DNA of 64,000 nt, taken from Lingula anatina (lineage: Eukaryota; Animalia; Brachiopoda). Both the position numbers and the translations under genes were made by a program. The notes under the pieces were generated by a model. The model saw only the letters and a list, made by a program, of their open reading frames with translations. It was not told the origin of the DNA and ran no database searches. Positions within the stretch are counted from its first letter, which is position 1; every line of letters starts with the position of its first letter. Below are positions 25,021 through 37,898 of this stretch, in pieces. The stretch is from contig CM120649.1 of NCBI GenBank assembly GCA_051362555.1, positions 11,408,001 through 11,472,000 on the forward strand, written 5' to 3'.

Positions 25021-27029
25021 GATATCGTTTGACTTAAATACTCCAGTTTATGTAAGTCAGGTGATTCACAGTTTTACGCGACATACAAAATTGCTAACGG
25101 AATTCAGAATTATATACCATTACCCTAAGTGCTGCCTTGCACCCAGAAAGACTAATGACCCCAAAGCAATCAGAGGGAGTTGATGCAATATAACATACCT
25201 GAATACTAATCTCGTAGGCACTTTCACCTTCCCAGATGGAATGGGTAAATTGCGTGCCAAAGATGTTGTCAGCGTTTTAGTACAGGAAACACAGTTGCAT
25301 TGCTAAACCAGTATCTGTTAATGAATTATTGCTTTAGGTGAGAGGTTTAATTGCAGTTTTCTATCAAATGGCCATTATGTAACCACTCCAAACGATATCT
25401 GTTGCTGCCATCCAGTGACTCACGCTCAAAGGCATTATAAAAGAAAATAATTGTGAGTTATTGTGCAAAAAAGATAAAATCATTTAGACATTTGGATTGA
25501 TGATTAAAGCTGTAAGTTGTAAGGTCATACGGATATGGAATCTTAGTACATTGGTCATAGCAGATTATGGGGTCTTGGCTGTTAAATTGGTCATTTGAAG
25601 TAACTCGCTACGACCGTGTGGAAGTGTCTTGAAGGGATAGAAGATAAGCCAAGGCGGTAAGCACCAGCTTTGTCCAAAAGTTATTTTAAGGATGTTGTAA
25701 GCCTTAATTATCATCCAGATTCCAAAAATGAGGTTTTTCCTGCATTTTATTATTCAAATTATCTTTAAACTGATTTAAAACAATACAATTTTAACAACTT
25801 TCTATTTGGAGGTGAGATACCAATCGGAATGTGGCGTAATTTCATCCCTGAACAAGATTTAATCACGAAAATTGGCAAAGTTGACCACGAGTGTATAGGC
25901 TACAATCCCGTCATTTTTGTTTAAACATTTTTGATATGGAGTTATGAGCCCCTATTTACAGATTTTCATTAAACAAAGGCAGTATTTTGCTTTAACAACT
26001 ATAAAAACTGAACGAAGGCTTTTAAGAAAAATCGCTGGCAGGGCTTTAGAGCACTAAATGGAGTTAGAACGGTGTTCGTGGGTGCTCAGGTAAAAGATAA
26101 ATTTAGGGAACCGATTTTTTAGTTTTTACCTCCAAATTGCAATAATGACGTCACACGCAAGATGGCTTGTGTGTATAAATGTTAATTATATTTAGTCACT
26201 AAACACTGGATATTTATATGTTATCTAAAAGAATGTATGCTAGGCAGTGAATAAGGAGTTTTTAGCAATGCCCTAAAAGTTGTGTGTTAAACCAACAAGT
26301 AGGGCCTATGCAGTTACTTTACAGGAATGGCTATTATTCAGTTTATTTCTACTCTCTTTTTAAATGTCGGCTGAGTTATACATATGTTCAAACAATGAAA
26401 AGACCAAGCTATACACGGGTACGTTTATCACATGTATGTGTACGAGTAGAAGCTGTATTTCAGTGAAATATCTGTATCATTATTTCTAACATTAAATGGA
26501 AAATAAAAAGACCAATTACTGTTGTAAGTGGAGTGCAATGTCTGTTTGAGCACAAATAAAAATATATAAATTAATAGTAACAAAAATAAATAAATAAATT
26601 AATTAATTGATAATTTATCAATAACTCCTAAGAAAACCCAGTGTATATTTAAATGAAACATTTAGGGATTAATATTTACAGGCACTTCTATTAATCCACT
26701 CTATTACCATTGGCTTTCATAAACCCATCATGACTTCTGACCATCATTTACATTATGGTCAAACTAAGGCAAAATATGTCATTCAATCAGCTCATAAGTG
26801 TTTTATTATAATTCCGTGTTTTACCTTCAAGTAGCAGCGTACTGTTAGCACGATAGGCGACTTTTTTAGGTTTGGGTTTCTTCTTGTTATGAATTATAAG
26901 TTTAATAAATTACTGGCAATATTAAGGAGAAAAGTTAATGCCATGTTCAAGGAAGCATGGTTTAGTGTAAAGAATAGCAAAGTCGCTGAAAGACAACAAT
27001 GACATGTACCACAAAGAATTTTACTGCAA

Positions 27030-27250
27030 ACATAGTATCTCGTGTAGTTTCCGCGAACCTGGGTGACGTCATCTATTCTTTAAGGTACTGACTCATTCAG
27101 TTTCTGCAGTTCGTTGATGAATCTGTCTCTCACCCCTCGACTGGAAACTGCTTCAGCACCTCCATGTACCCGGTTGGACCTCTCTTCCTTACAGCACGGT
27201 CAACAGCATACCAGCAGTTCTCTATGGGACTCAAATCTGGGAAAAGGACC
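27030..27250 (-). mobile_element. Degraded Tc1-family transposase fragment (different subfamily)
   Basis: Minus strand reads PDLSPIENCWYAVDRAVRKRGP, the SPDLNPIE-W motif. Confidence 0.7.
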
Positions 27251-27482
27251 CCTTTAACTGCTTATATTCCTTGTGTCTGAAAAAATGTGTCTGTAGGCCT
27301 GTCTGTAGGTTTAGAAATACAACCAGCGCATATGTGTGATTGCGTATGTTACGTTGTAAAGTGCCACTGGATGATCTTACAGACAGTTCCTAGAGTAAGT
27401 CAAAAGTGAACGGCTTTGTCTTCCTGCTTCCGCCGAAAACAGCACATCCACACACGTTATTAAGTCCTCCCTAAGGCTTTAA

Positions 27483-27731
27483 GACTGGGCTCCCATCTCT
27501 GGAGCGATCTAACAGGATCGGTCCATCTCCAAGGGGTTTCTCGCTAGATTTCTTTCAGCTTAAGTGGCTCAGATGTCTGGGACGCCTACTCAAGTTGCTA
27601 AAATATAGTTATATAATTACCCCTAACAACTTCGGTAGGCGTGACAGACTTAAGTTAATTGCAATTAGACAAGAATACCCTCGGAGGTAGTTCGATCCAA
27701 AGTTAGCACGATAGTCTCTGGGAATGGTCTC
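27483..27731. mobile_element. Approximately 250-bp palindromic MITE, copy 2 of 3
   Basis: gactgggctccca..gatctaacaggatc..ctgggaatggtc is collinear with 10749-11005. Confidence 0.75.
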
Positions 27732-28443
27732 CAAGACAAGGCATTGGCATCTGTCAAATAAACTGAACAAATCTGACGTGAATCCGAAAATACCAATGGT
27801 TGTAGCATTATATTTGATTGTGGCATTTCACTCTGCTCAAATCTCAAGATAGGGTATACAAATCTAACCATTTATTTTGCATTACTCGGGGAATTTTGTC
27901 CACTCTCATAACTTGAAAGTTGTTTATTGGTTTATACTACAGCTAGCTGTATAAAGTATTCTTTACAATTATTACTATATGCGCTTTGAAATAATTATTA
28001 CATTTCTATGGAAGCTTAATAAGTAGATTGGTCACATTTCCTTTGGCACAGATTAAGGGTCTTGCCAATCGAATTGGGCTTTTAAATTTACTCTTTACAA
28101 GAGGGTGAATGTGTCTTGAAGAGATGAGGGGTTTTAGCTACAGTGGTGAGCACCAATTTTGGCCAAAAGCTAAGTTTAGGTTATGCTTTAAACCAATCAA
28201 CATGCAGGGTAGTGTGTACTTTGATCACGTTCCTATGTAGGGGTTATTATTATTATTTAGCTTTTTGTCTGTTTCTATTTTAAATGTAAGCTGATTTTTG
28301 TACAAACTATGGGAAGACGAATATAGACCAAGTAGTACGGGGAAAAAGACTAGAAATTACACACGAATATAAACATGTCATTTTTTTTTTTGCTATGTTT
28401 ATTTCAGGATCCACAAAAATTACAAAATGAAGAATATAGTCCG

Positions 28444-29968
28444 GGATCCCAGAGGGTTGAGCATGCCCGAAAAGATCACCAATTTTCTTGTACCTGGCAA
28501 TGGCCTACATGGTTACCTATGTATGAAAATGGCAGTCTGCCGTATTACCAGTAGTGGGTGTGGTCGGGGGGGTGGGGGGGGGGGGCAAAAGGAACCCCTA
28601 GAAACCTATTGGGGGTTTTTCAGCACGGTCTCAGGTATATTAAATATATTTTGACAGACAAATTGAGTGGTGGGGTGTGGCCGGTAGACACTGATTTATA
28701 GGGGATGGAAATCCGTCTAGCATGACCTAAAAGTTAAGCCTAAAAAAATAACTGGAAAATGTTCCTTAGAGTCCCAGGAAAGTTGAATGACCATCGACAG
28801 ACAATTTTAGTGGTGGGTAGTGCCCGGCAGACACACCCAAAGAGCCACACCCAAAGAGCCACACCCTTAATGTACAGCTAGCATGCCTAATATATATCTA
28901 GCATGCCCCAAAATTTAACCCGAAAAAAATAGCTGGAAAATGTTTCTTAGAGACCCAGGAAGCTAGAATGACCACTGACAGACAATTTCAGTGGTAGGTA
29001 CTGCCTGGCAGACACACCCAGATGCCACACCCAGGTGACTTACCAATGGTTAATTAATCTATTTTTAACATTCAAAGTTAGTGCCTGTTTTTTTTTTTTT
29101 TTTTTTTTTTTTTCTAAAAAGTTTTTTTTTTTAATCTCTTAAGAGATTTTAACAGAGTTTTGCCATCAATGGAGGTCACGTGGTCTACAGACAAACTCTG
29201 TTAAAAACATTGTGAATAACTCACAGAAATATAATATATTCTGTTTTACCACAAAAAAGGCAGTTATAGCTATTATTCTGATATCTTAGCTTGTCTTTAG
29301 ACCACGTGGTAAGTATGGGAAAATTGTTGTTTACTCCAGGAAAATTCATTTTTTGGCCGAAACGAAGAGTTATTATCCCTTAAAGGTTGTGTTCCTCTGG
29401 GTGTGCCTGCCGGGCACTACCCACCACTTTTATTGGTTGCCAGTAGTCTATACTCTATCTTGGAATTCTACTTAACATTTTGCAGCCATTTTGAAAGAGT
29501 TACATTAAGGGTACAGCTAGCTGTACATTAAGGGTGTGGCTCTTTGGGTGTGTCTGCCGGGCACTACCCACCACTTAAATTGTCTGTCGATGGTCATTCA
29601 ACTCTCCTGGGACTCTAAGGAACATTTTCCAGTTATGTTTTCAGGGTTACTTTTTAGGTCATGCTAGCCGGATTTCCACCCCCTATAAATCAGGGTCTGC
29701 CGGCCACACCCCACCACTCAATTCGTCTGTCAGTATCTATTTAATATACCTGAGACCATGCAGAAAGACCCCCAATAGGTTTTTAAGGGTTCCCCTAAAA
29801 AGTCTTGCTAGCTGGATTTGAGGGGCCTATGTTTTGGACCCCCCTGACCACACCCACCACTGGAAATACGGCAGACTGCCATTTTCATACATAGGTAACC
29901 ATGTAGGTCATTGCCAGGTACAAGAAAATTGGTGATCTTTTCGGGTATGCTCAACCCTCTGGGATCCT
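28444..29968. mobile_element. 1.5-kb fold-back (long-TIR) non-autonomous element with internal subrepeats and a nested Kolobok-like insert (about 29039-29383)
   Basis: ggatcccagagggttgagcat.cccgaaaagatcaccaattttcttgtacctggcaatg at the left is the reverse complement of 29900-29967. The arms extend about 550-600 bp with repeated gacagacaatt..agtggtggg..cccggcagacacaccc units. No clear TSD. Confidence 0.8.
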
Positions 29969-30518
29969 GCTCTCATAGGGTCCCCTAATTTTCACAAAAA
30001 TAAAATGGTGATGGTGACTTATTTGTTAGATGATGTTATTGCACGCTCAATATATTGTTCAAAAGATGGTTTTACACAACGTATGTATATAGGAAATATG
30101 GGGAATGAAAAGGTTTGTAATTTTAATCTAGCTTGTTTATTTCGAAAGGGAAGCGACTGCAGATGTGTTGCTTTTATTTTATTGCTCTCATGTAAAATCT
30201 ACAATACAATGAAGCTGTTCAAAATTATAACAAAATAGCCTGCGGTAATCCTCATTCTTGAAACATATTCTTGTAACGATATAAACGTTGTTGATCTTCA
30301 ATCATCAAAAATTCGATGTAATACCCCAGGTGCAAAGCGACTAAGAGCATAAAGCGTCCTTTTCAGTGATACGTTGAAGTGGGGCGGTTAATTGATTAAA
30401 AATCTAACCAATAAGAGCTTGGCTTCGTTCTCAGTAAAGAGATGTGGTTGATCGCATTCGGTGCCTTATTTAACCACTATATTCGAAGTGGAAAACGAAG
30501 ACATGTCACACCGTCAAC

Positions 30519-32332
30519 TTAGTGAGCACCACTGCCGTCTGAAATGAACAATGTGATTTTATTAGAATTCTGTTCATAGTGTTACGAATATCTGAATGAA
30601 GTGAGAACGACAGTGTCATATTATAAATGAAACAATCCATTATTTCTTTTTAGAGGGGGGGGAGATAAAAAATGTAAGTTAATATATTGGTGAAAAACAG
30701 CACATACCTGACACGCAGACATTAACATTGTTGTAGTCAGTCAGGTATCTATTGTACACCTGGCCGTAAGGACAAGGTCTGAAGAAGGCGTTACCAGCTT
30801 CGTCACACTGGATGTAGCAGCGTGGGTCGCTGTGCTCGTAGTAGAAACGGTTGGGAGCGTAGACCTTAGTGTGTCTGCCGTAGCCGTCTACGCGGTACAC
30901 CTTGTTCAGGGGTGGGCACTGGACTAGATGTATGGAAGAAAAATAGCAATGGTCAAATTTCTCTTGTCATCAGTGTTCAATCATATATATTCGTCGTTAA
31001 CACGTCGGTGAGTTTAGATGCACTGCCAAAATAAAGAGGATTTCAACTAGAAAAAGCACACGGAGAGCGCAGACCTCCGTCAAATACTGGACTAAAACAG
31101 CTGTAACTATTGGTTATTGAATAGATAAACAACACAAACTAATCACTTTTAAATTAGCCCATTTTTCTCCTGTTCTGAAAATTTTATAAAAATCCGTCCA
31201 TACTTTTTTTTAGGATGGTAACGAACAGACAGTCAAACAAAAAATGGTGATGAAAATATCATCTCCCTGTCGGAGATAATTACGCAAGAGTTTTGATGTT
31301 GAGTACTCTGGACGGCCAATGTCTAACAATCGTCATGAATATATAGGTCGTTTTGAAGAAAACAGAAAAGTGAGAAATTAAGTGAAAGATACATCCGCGA
31401 GTTCTACTCTCCGGTGACAAAAAGTGAAAAACGTAGTTTTTAGTCTAAATCCTTTAAATAAAATTCACGTCTTGCTATTATGGGGACGTTTTCGTATTTA
31501 GTAACGGAAGTTTTAAAAATATAAACCCTTTTGGATAATATTTGCACTGTTTTAATACAAACAGAAAGTAGACTGTGCTAAAGGAGTATAACGGGATGCA
31601 CGTTTATTTTTACTTACACATTTTGTCCTCAACCCCAAGTACATTTTTTCACAATGACTACCAGCAATGGCGTTGCAAATTACTTTTTAGAGAATCTGTT
31701 TTGTTGTGTTTCATGTAAGATATTTAACTATGCACTAGCTGTCCCCAAGTTGTCCAGCTTATCATGGACGTAATTGAATTGAAGATCTTATTAATGGCTA
31801 AAATATTACGGAAACATCAAACAAATAAAAATGATGACCTGCGGCAAAAGACGTGACGAAAGTTTTATTTCTTTTATTTTAATCCGCCGACACCACGAAA
31901 GTAAGCGCAAGTGAATTATTGAGTTATTAAAAATAAACAATTTTCTAGACATTTTTCTGAGATGTTAAACATAATACTTGCTTCCTGACAAGCTGCAGAT
32001 TTTCAACTGTGGTAAAAATAAACAAGGTCGATTGGAGAATGTGAGCTAATTAGCAATCGACAGTTGAGAAGGTTTAAAACTTAGACCGTTTATTTTTTGT
32101 GCAGTAACAGATAAATCTAGTTATTATTATTTTCTATTTTTAAGATGCTAGACGTACCCCTGTAGTAAACTTCCTCGTGGACAGACAATTCTTCCACTCG
32201 GTTACTTTTAATGAGGTTAGCACCTATATATAGTGAACGAGTTTTATGTTTTTCACACTTCTAGGAAAATAGCCATGTTGTAATGTTGTAATCAACCTAT
32301 TGAAAAACCAGCCCTTCCATAATGGGGACAGT

Positions 32333-32405
<73 letters not shown>

Positions 32406-35400
32406 CTCACCATGTTATACAACATTGGTCAAAAATATTGTCCCACCCCCATTTCCATGTACTTTTATTTACAAATGATCACCTCACAGCTGTAAATTGT
32501 TAGAAATAGTGCTTTTTGTTACAGATACTGTGTCTAACATGATTAATGGTTAAAAAAATACAAAATAGTGGTGAAAATATACACATTTTATACCATTTAG
32601 TAAAATTTATAAGAGGTACCCCCTCAAATCCACTGTTTCACTGTTAGCATTAGGGTGTGCCTGGTAAAGGTCACGTGCCTAACAGCGAGTGTGTCTACCG
32701 CTTACTGCAATTATCTCCTGTAGACGGCGCGACAAGCCTTCAACACGGGTAACAATTCTGTTTTGTGGGATATTGTCCCATTCATCCTAAAGAGCGTGGC
32801 GTAATTGGTCCAGATTATTTGGGAATTGGTTCTCCTCTGCAATGCACATTCCAATTAATGCCACAGGTGCTCAGTAGGATTAATATCAGGGCTCAAAGAC
32901 GGTTGTCCCATCCTCAGAGCCCTGTGTTTCTGTAACAAATCGCTTGCCAGACGAGAGCAGTGAGCACTTGCGTTGTCACAATGAAGCCAGTAGCATCTCT
33001 GAAGTCACTTCTTGCAAATGGAGTGAGATTTCTGTTGAGAAGGTTACAGTAAAAAGCCCCTGTTACGTTTTGTTCCAAAAGGAACAATGTACTAATACCA
33101 TGGGCTTCGAATGTTCTCCAAATGCGGACTGATCTAACACCTCAGGCGATATTATTCTACACACACCTTTCCAAGAGGCATTTTTAACATGTCTATGAAC
33201 CCTCATTGGACCATCGATGGGATACAAGAAATAATTTGATTCTGCATCAAAACCGAATTGCTTACAGTGATGGATGGCTAGGTTCAGGTGCCTGTAGGAT
33301 CACTGAACGGAGCATTCTCAGCTGATATCTCACACCATCTTCAAGAACAGATTTTGGGGTTAACTCCAGACTTCATCATGACTGCACAATTGCTCACACC
33401 TCGCGCCTGGCAAGTGATTTGTTGTAGAAACACAATGCTCTAAGGTAGTAGGCTTGTTAAGAACCAAAAAATGGCCAAACGCTGCATTTTGTAGTACAAA
33501 TGTCTAACTTGGCATAAATGTTCCTTGGGCCAAAAGAAAATTTTTTATCCAAAGAGACGCCCTCTATCGATACATTAATTAGCATTAATTATGCAAATTA
33601 GGTGCCAAAATATATAATATTTCATATTTCCATTAATTTTTGGCCTAGAAACATGTATAGATTATCAAACCTGACTAAATTAGGGACAAGGAACCCATTT
33701 TTGATCATTTGGAAGCAATTGGTGGCCATTTTGTGCCTCAAATTCAAGATGGCCGCCACCCGCCATTTTGAAAGTGGACATAATTTTGCTATTTTATGTT
33801 GAATTTTGAAGCGTTTGGTCTACATATACTTGATATATATATCGATTCCTACTATTTTGGGGGTGAAAAAGTCATTTTTGATATTGTTTTGGTGATAGGT
33901 GATTTGAATGGACAAAGAGGGTGTTTTAAGTGCCTACCAAGATATGTGTGAACGCTGCAAAACCATGGATATTGATAACCCGTATTCAAATACATCTCAA
34001 TGCAATTTTTTGTTATATACCATCGCTACTGGACTATATTATGAGCAAAAAAAAAAACAAATTTTTATCATTATGGAGGCTATTGGTGGCCGTTTTATCC
34101 CTCAAATCCAAGATGGCCGCCAAAAACCATTTTGAACTTGAGCATAATTCGCTATTTTGAAACTATATGTATTACATCTTTGTAAATGAGTAATACGTCG
34201 TTTTATATTATTTTCTGGTGCAGAATACATTATCTGTTTCATAAAATGTGAGTACAAACTATTTTATTCTCCAAAACGAATATGCATGTAGGCTTAAGTC
34301 GTCAAATACCTGTAGACTTACATGTGCCATGTAGTCTAATTAGTACAAAATGTTTTATAAAATCATAAAGAGCTTGAAACAAGTGTAAGAGACCAAAATG
34401 GCTTAATTAAAGGTAAAGAACACATACTTGGTGCTTTGGAGACAATTGGAAGCCATTTTGATCCTCAAATCCAAAATGGCCGCCAGTTACAATTTCGAAA
34501 TACGGATAAGGCATAACTCATCAATTTGAAGCTATTGCTCTTACACTAGCATGTTATACATCGTTTCTTATCATTTGGGTTGTAGAAGTCATGTGTCTTA
34601 TCTCTTCTGAGATATAATACAAAAAGAAAATATTAAAAGGCTCCAACACCAATACAGGCTTACGTCTTCACCTTCGCTTGTATACGTCTTGAAGTCAAAT
34701 TTGTGCAAAAATATGTTATATAACAATTTTAAAATGGTTTTGCCAGACATAGATTAAGTGCAAGAGACCAGCATAGTGGATTCAACTTTATGGTGACTAC
34801 TTTTAGCTATTCTGTTGTTCATATCCAAGAGCCTGTCTCTATTTTAAAATTATGGCATAATTTATCTTTTTTGAGCTGTTGGACTTACATATGATCGTAA
34901 TACATCAATTGTTACTATTTTGGAAGTACATAATTAATTTCTGGTGTTACTCTGGTGACAGAGGATAATAAAAAAAGGCATAAGGTGTTTTAAGATGATT
35001 CCAAGATGAATATTCCTGTAGTTGTCATATACTGTAGATGTTTTGTGCTTGTTCGTCCATTGGAAACAATGAGAACTATGTAGTCGCCTTATGGATTTCT
35101 ATTGGTAGTGAGATGACTTGTCTGGCCAAATCATTCTAGGAATGATCACTGGCACTGTCAACTAGGAAAAGAGGCTGCATCCTCGACTTCTTTGCTTTAT
35201 CCCTCTTACCTTCCTGCGCAGCTGCTGCTTTCTAGTTGGTTTTGCAGATTCATTCTTTTGTGTAAAGATACCACTTTCCTCTGATGCGACATGTTCTCAT
35301 GCATTAATGTTTCTCTGGAAACTGGATTCCAATATATTGTTTGGCTGTTTCTCATAGGACACTGACAAAACCTCAATTCTTACTAGCTGTTGTCTTATTG

Positions 35401-37898
35401 GCCTACCAGAGCTGATCATGCATGTTTCTTTTTGCTGTGCTGCTGGATGATTTTGCAGACAAGATCTAGAGCTATTTCAAAGCAAAGTCCATTTGCTTGT
35501 CTTTCACGGACATTTACGCATCAACACAACTAACCAAGTTCCATAGTATTATAAGACGACACATTTTTCACCCTTCAAATCTTCTGGGCTATATTTAACA
35601 TGCGAATGCAAGCCCCAGTGACTGGGACATAAATGTGCATGTGGCTTTTTGGTTCACATTGACCAGTAAAAGATTAATAATATAATACCACTATGTATAT
35701 ATATTTATTGCTTTCTTTTGAGTATTCAGTATCTTTTAGTGGATGGTCACTTAAGATAAATCTAGATGATATATTTGAGCATGTGGTTTGGGTTCCACAT
35801 TTTTGTAACAGACTCAACGAAACTCATCTTGGAATTTATTTTACAACCTTATATTACCTTTTTATTATCTTCCGTCACCAAATTAGCACTGGAAAATTAC
35901 TTTTGAGCCCCAAGAATAGTGCCATTTTACCTAATACAAGCGAATGAGGGTCCCACAGTTCAAAGATTATAAATAACACCAAATTATTAAAATAGCGGCA
36001 AGCAACCATCACTTGGTTTTGATCAAAATAATGGCTAACAATTTCCTCATTCGGTCAAAGATGTATTCTTTTGCTTTAATTCAGCCATTTTGTTTGCTGA
36101 CACTTGTTTTATAGATCGGCAAAAGCATTTTTGTACTAATTGGATTACTCATTGTAAATATAAACTGCAGGCCCATGTAGCAACTGAATCCTATATTTAT
36201 TTGGAAGCTTATAAAAGTTTCTATTTACATTTCATGAAACCGAAAATGCATTCTGCTCCAGGAAATAATCAAAGATGACGTATGGCACGCTTATGAAGGT
36301 GTGATAGTTTCAAAATGGTAAATAATGTTCAATTTGAAAATAGCGTTTGAGGGCCATCTTGGATTTGAGGCACAAATTTTAAGAAACAAATAATGTATTC
36401 TGCCCCAGAAAAAATATAAACCGACGTATTACTCATTTACAAAGATGTAGTACATGTAGTTTCAAAATAGCGAATAATGCTCATGTTCAAAATGGTTTTG
36501 GCGGCCATCTTGGATTTGAGGGATAAAACGGCCACCAATGGCCTCCACAATGGTAAAAATGTGTTTTTTTTTGCTCATAATATAGTCCAATAGCAATGGT
36601 ATATAACAAAAAATTGCATTGAGATATATTTGAATACGGGTTATCAATATCCATGGTTTTGCAGCGTTCACACATATGTGGTAGGCACTTAAAACACCCT
36701 CTTTGTCCATTCAAATCACCTACTATCACCAAAATAATATCAAAAATGACTTTTTCACCCCCAAAATAGTAGGAATCGATATATATATCAAGTATATGTA
36801 GACCAAACGCTTCAAAATTCAACATAAAATAGCAAAATTATGTCCACTTTCAAAATGGCGGGTGGCGGCCATCTTGAATTTGAGGCACAAAATGGCCACC
36901 AATTGCTTCCAAATGATCAAAAATGGGTTCCTTGTCCCTAATTTAGTCAGGTTTGATAATCTATACATGTTTCTAGGCCAAAAATTAATGGAAATATGAA
37001 ATATTATATATTTTGGCACCTAATTTGCATAATTAATGCTAATTAATGTATCGATAGAGGGCGTCTCTTTGGATAAAAAATTTTCTTTTGGCCCAAGGAA
37101 CATTTATGCCAAGTTAGACATTTGTACTATAAAATGCAGCGTTTGACCTCTTAACAAGCCTACTAAGGATGGAACCACCATCTTTGAGCCCTGATATTAA
37201 ATTTACTAATCAACTGTGACATGAATTGGAGTGTGCAATGCAAAGAAGAATGGGACAATATCCCACAAAACAGAATTGTTACCAGTGTTGAAGATTTGTC
37301 GCGCCGTCTACAGAAGATAATTGCAGTAAGCGGTAGACACACACGCTGTTAGGCACTTGACCTTTAACGAGCACACCCTAATGCTAATTGTGTGTGAATT
37401 TGGTGACATTTGATGGCGTCTTTTTAATTTAATAAACATTTCTTTACATCTGTAGAAGTCACAGTGAAACAGTGGATTTGAGGGGGGTACCTCTTATAAA
37501 TTTTACTAAATGGTATAAAATGTGTATATTTTCACCACTATTTTGTATTTTTTTTAACCATTCACCATGTCAGACACGGTATCTGTAATAAAAAGCACTA
37601 TTTCTAACAATTTACAGCTGTGAGGTGATCATTTGTAAATAAAAGTACATGGAAATGGGAGTGGGACAACCTTTTTGACCAATGTTGTATACTCACAGTA
37701 TTCATGGCTGCACTGATAAGTAGGTGGATGGTACACTGGCTGGTAGCTTGGCTGTTGGTAGCTAGGCTGTTGGTAGCCGTAGCTGCCCTGTTGTCGTCCT
37801 TCTGGGTAGGGTCTGGGTGGTTTATGATCATCACCCCACTGAGCTGAAACAACAGTAGTCACACCGAGGGCGACAAAAAGAAGTTGCAAGATCTTCAT
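30519..37898 (-). CDS. Secreted Tyr/Pro/Gln-rich chitin-binding-like protein, paralog B, 145 aa
   Basis: Exons 37898-37697 (MKILQLLFVALGVTTVVSA-QWGDDHKPPRPYP..YQQPSYQQPSYQP..CSHEY), 30923-30708, 30538-30519 (DGSGAH*). Same phases as paralog A. TATATAAGGG about 100 bp upstream. Intron 1 is expanded by transposons. Confidence 0.88.
32420..37687. mobile_element. Tc1-derived non-autonomous element formed from two inverted transposase 3' ends, TA TSD
   Basis: TA|caacattggtcaaaaa ... tttttgaccaatgttg|TA. Both arms encode a decayed Tc1 C-terminus. The left arm (minus strand) reads HCDNASAHCSR...SPDINPTEHLW..DEWDNIPQ..SRRLQEIIAVSGRHTRC*, with D34E spacing. Confidence 0.9.
33446..37165. mobile_element. 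Nested 3.7-kb long-TIR DNA transposon derivative (Academ-like)
   Basis: Termini TAGTAGGCTTGTTAAGA / TCTTAACAAGCCTACTA with a 3-bp AGG duplication. TIRs are near-identical over about 800 bp (33446-34250 vs 36375-37165), with caa(a/g)atggc(c/g)gcc subrepeats. No intact ORF. The superfamily is inferred from termini and TSD only. Confidence 0.8.

Noticed and set aside
33602-37019. Pairs of identical or near-identical ORFs on opposite strands (66 aa and others)
   Set aside because: A consequence of the transposon TIRs; no protein features.
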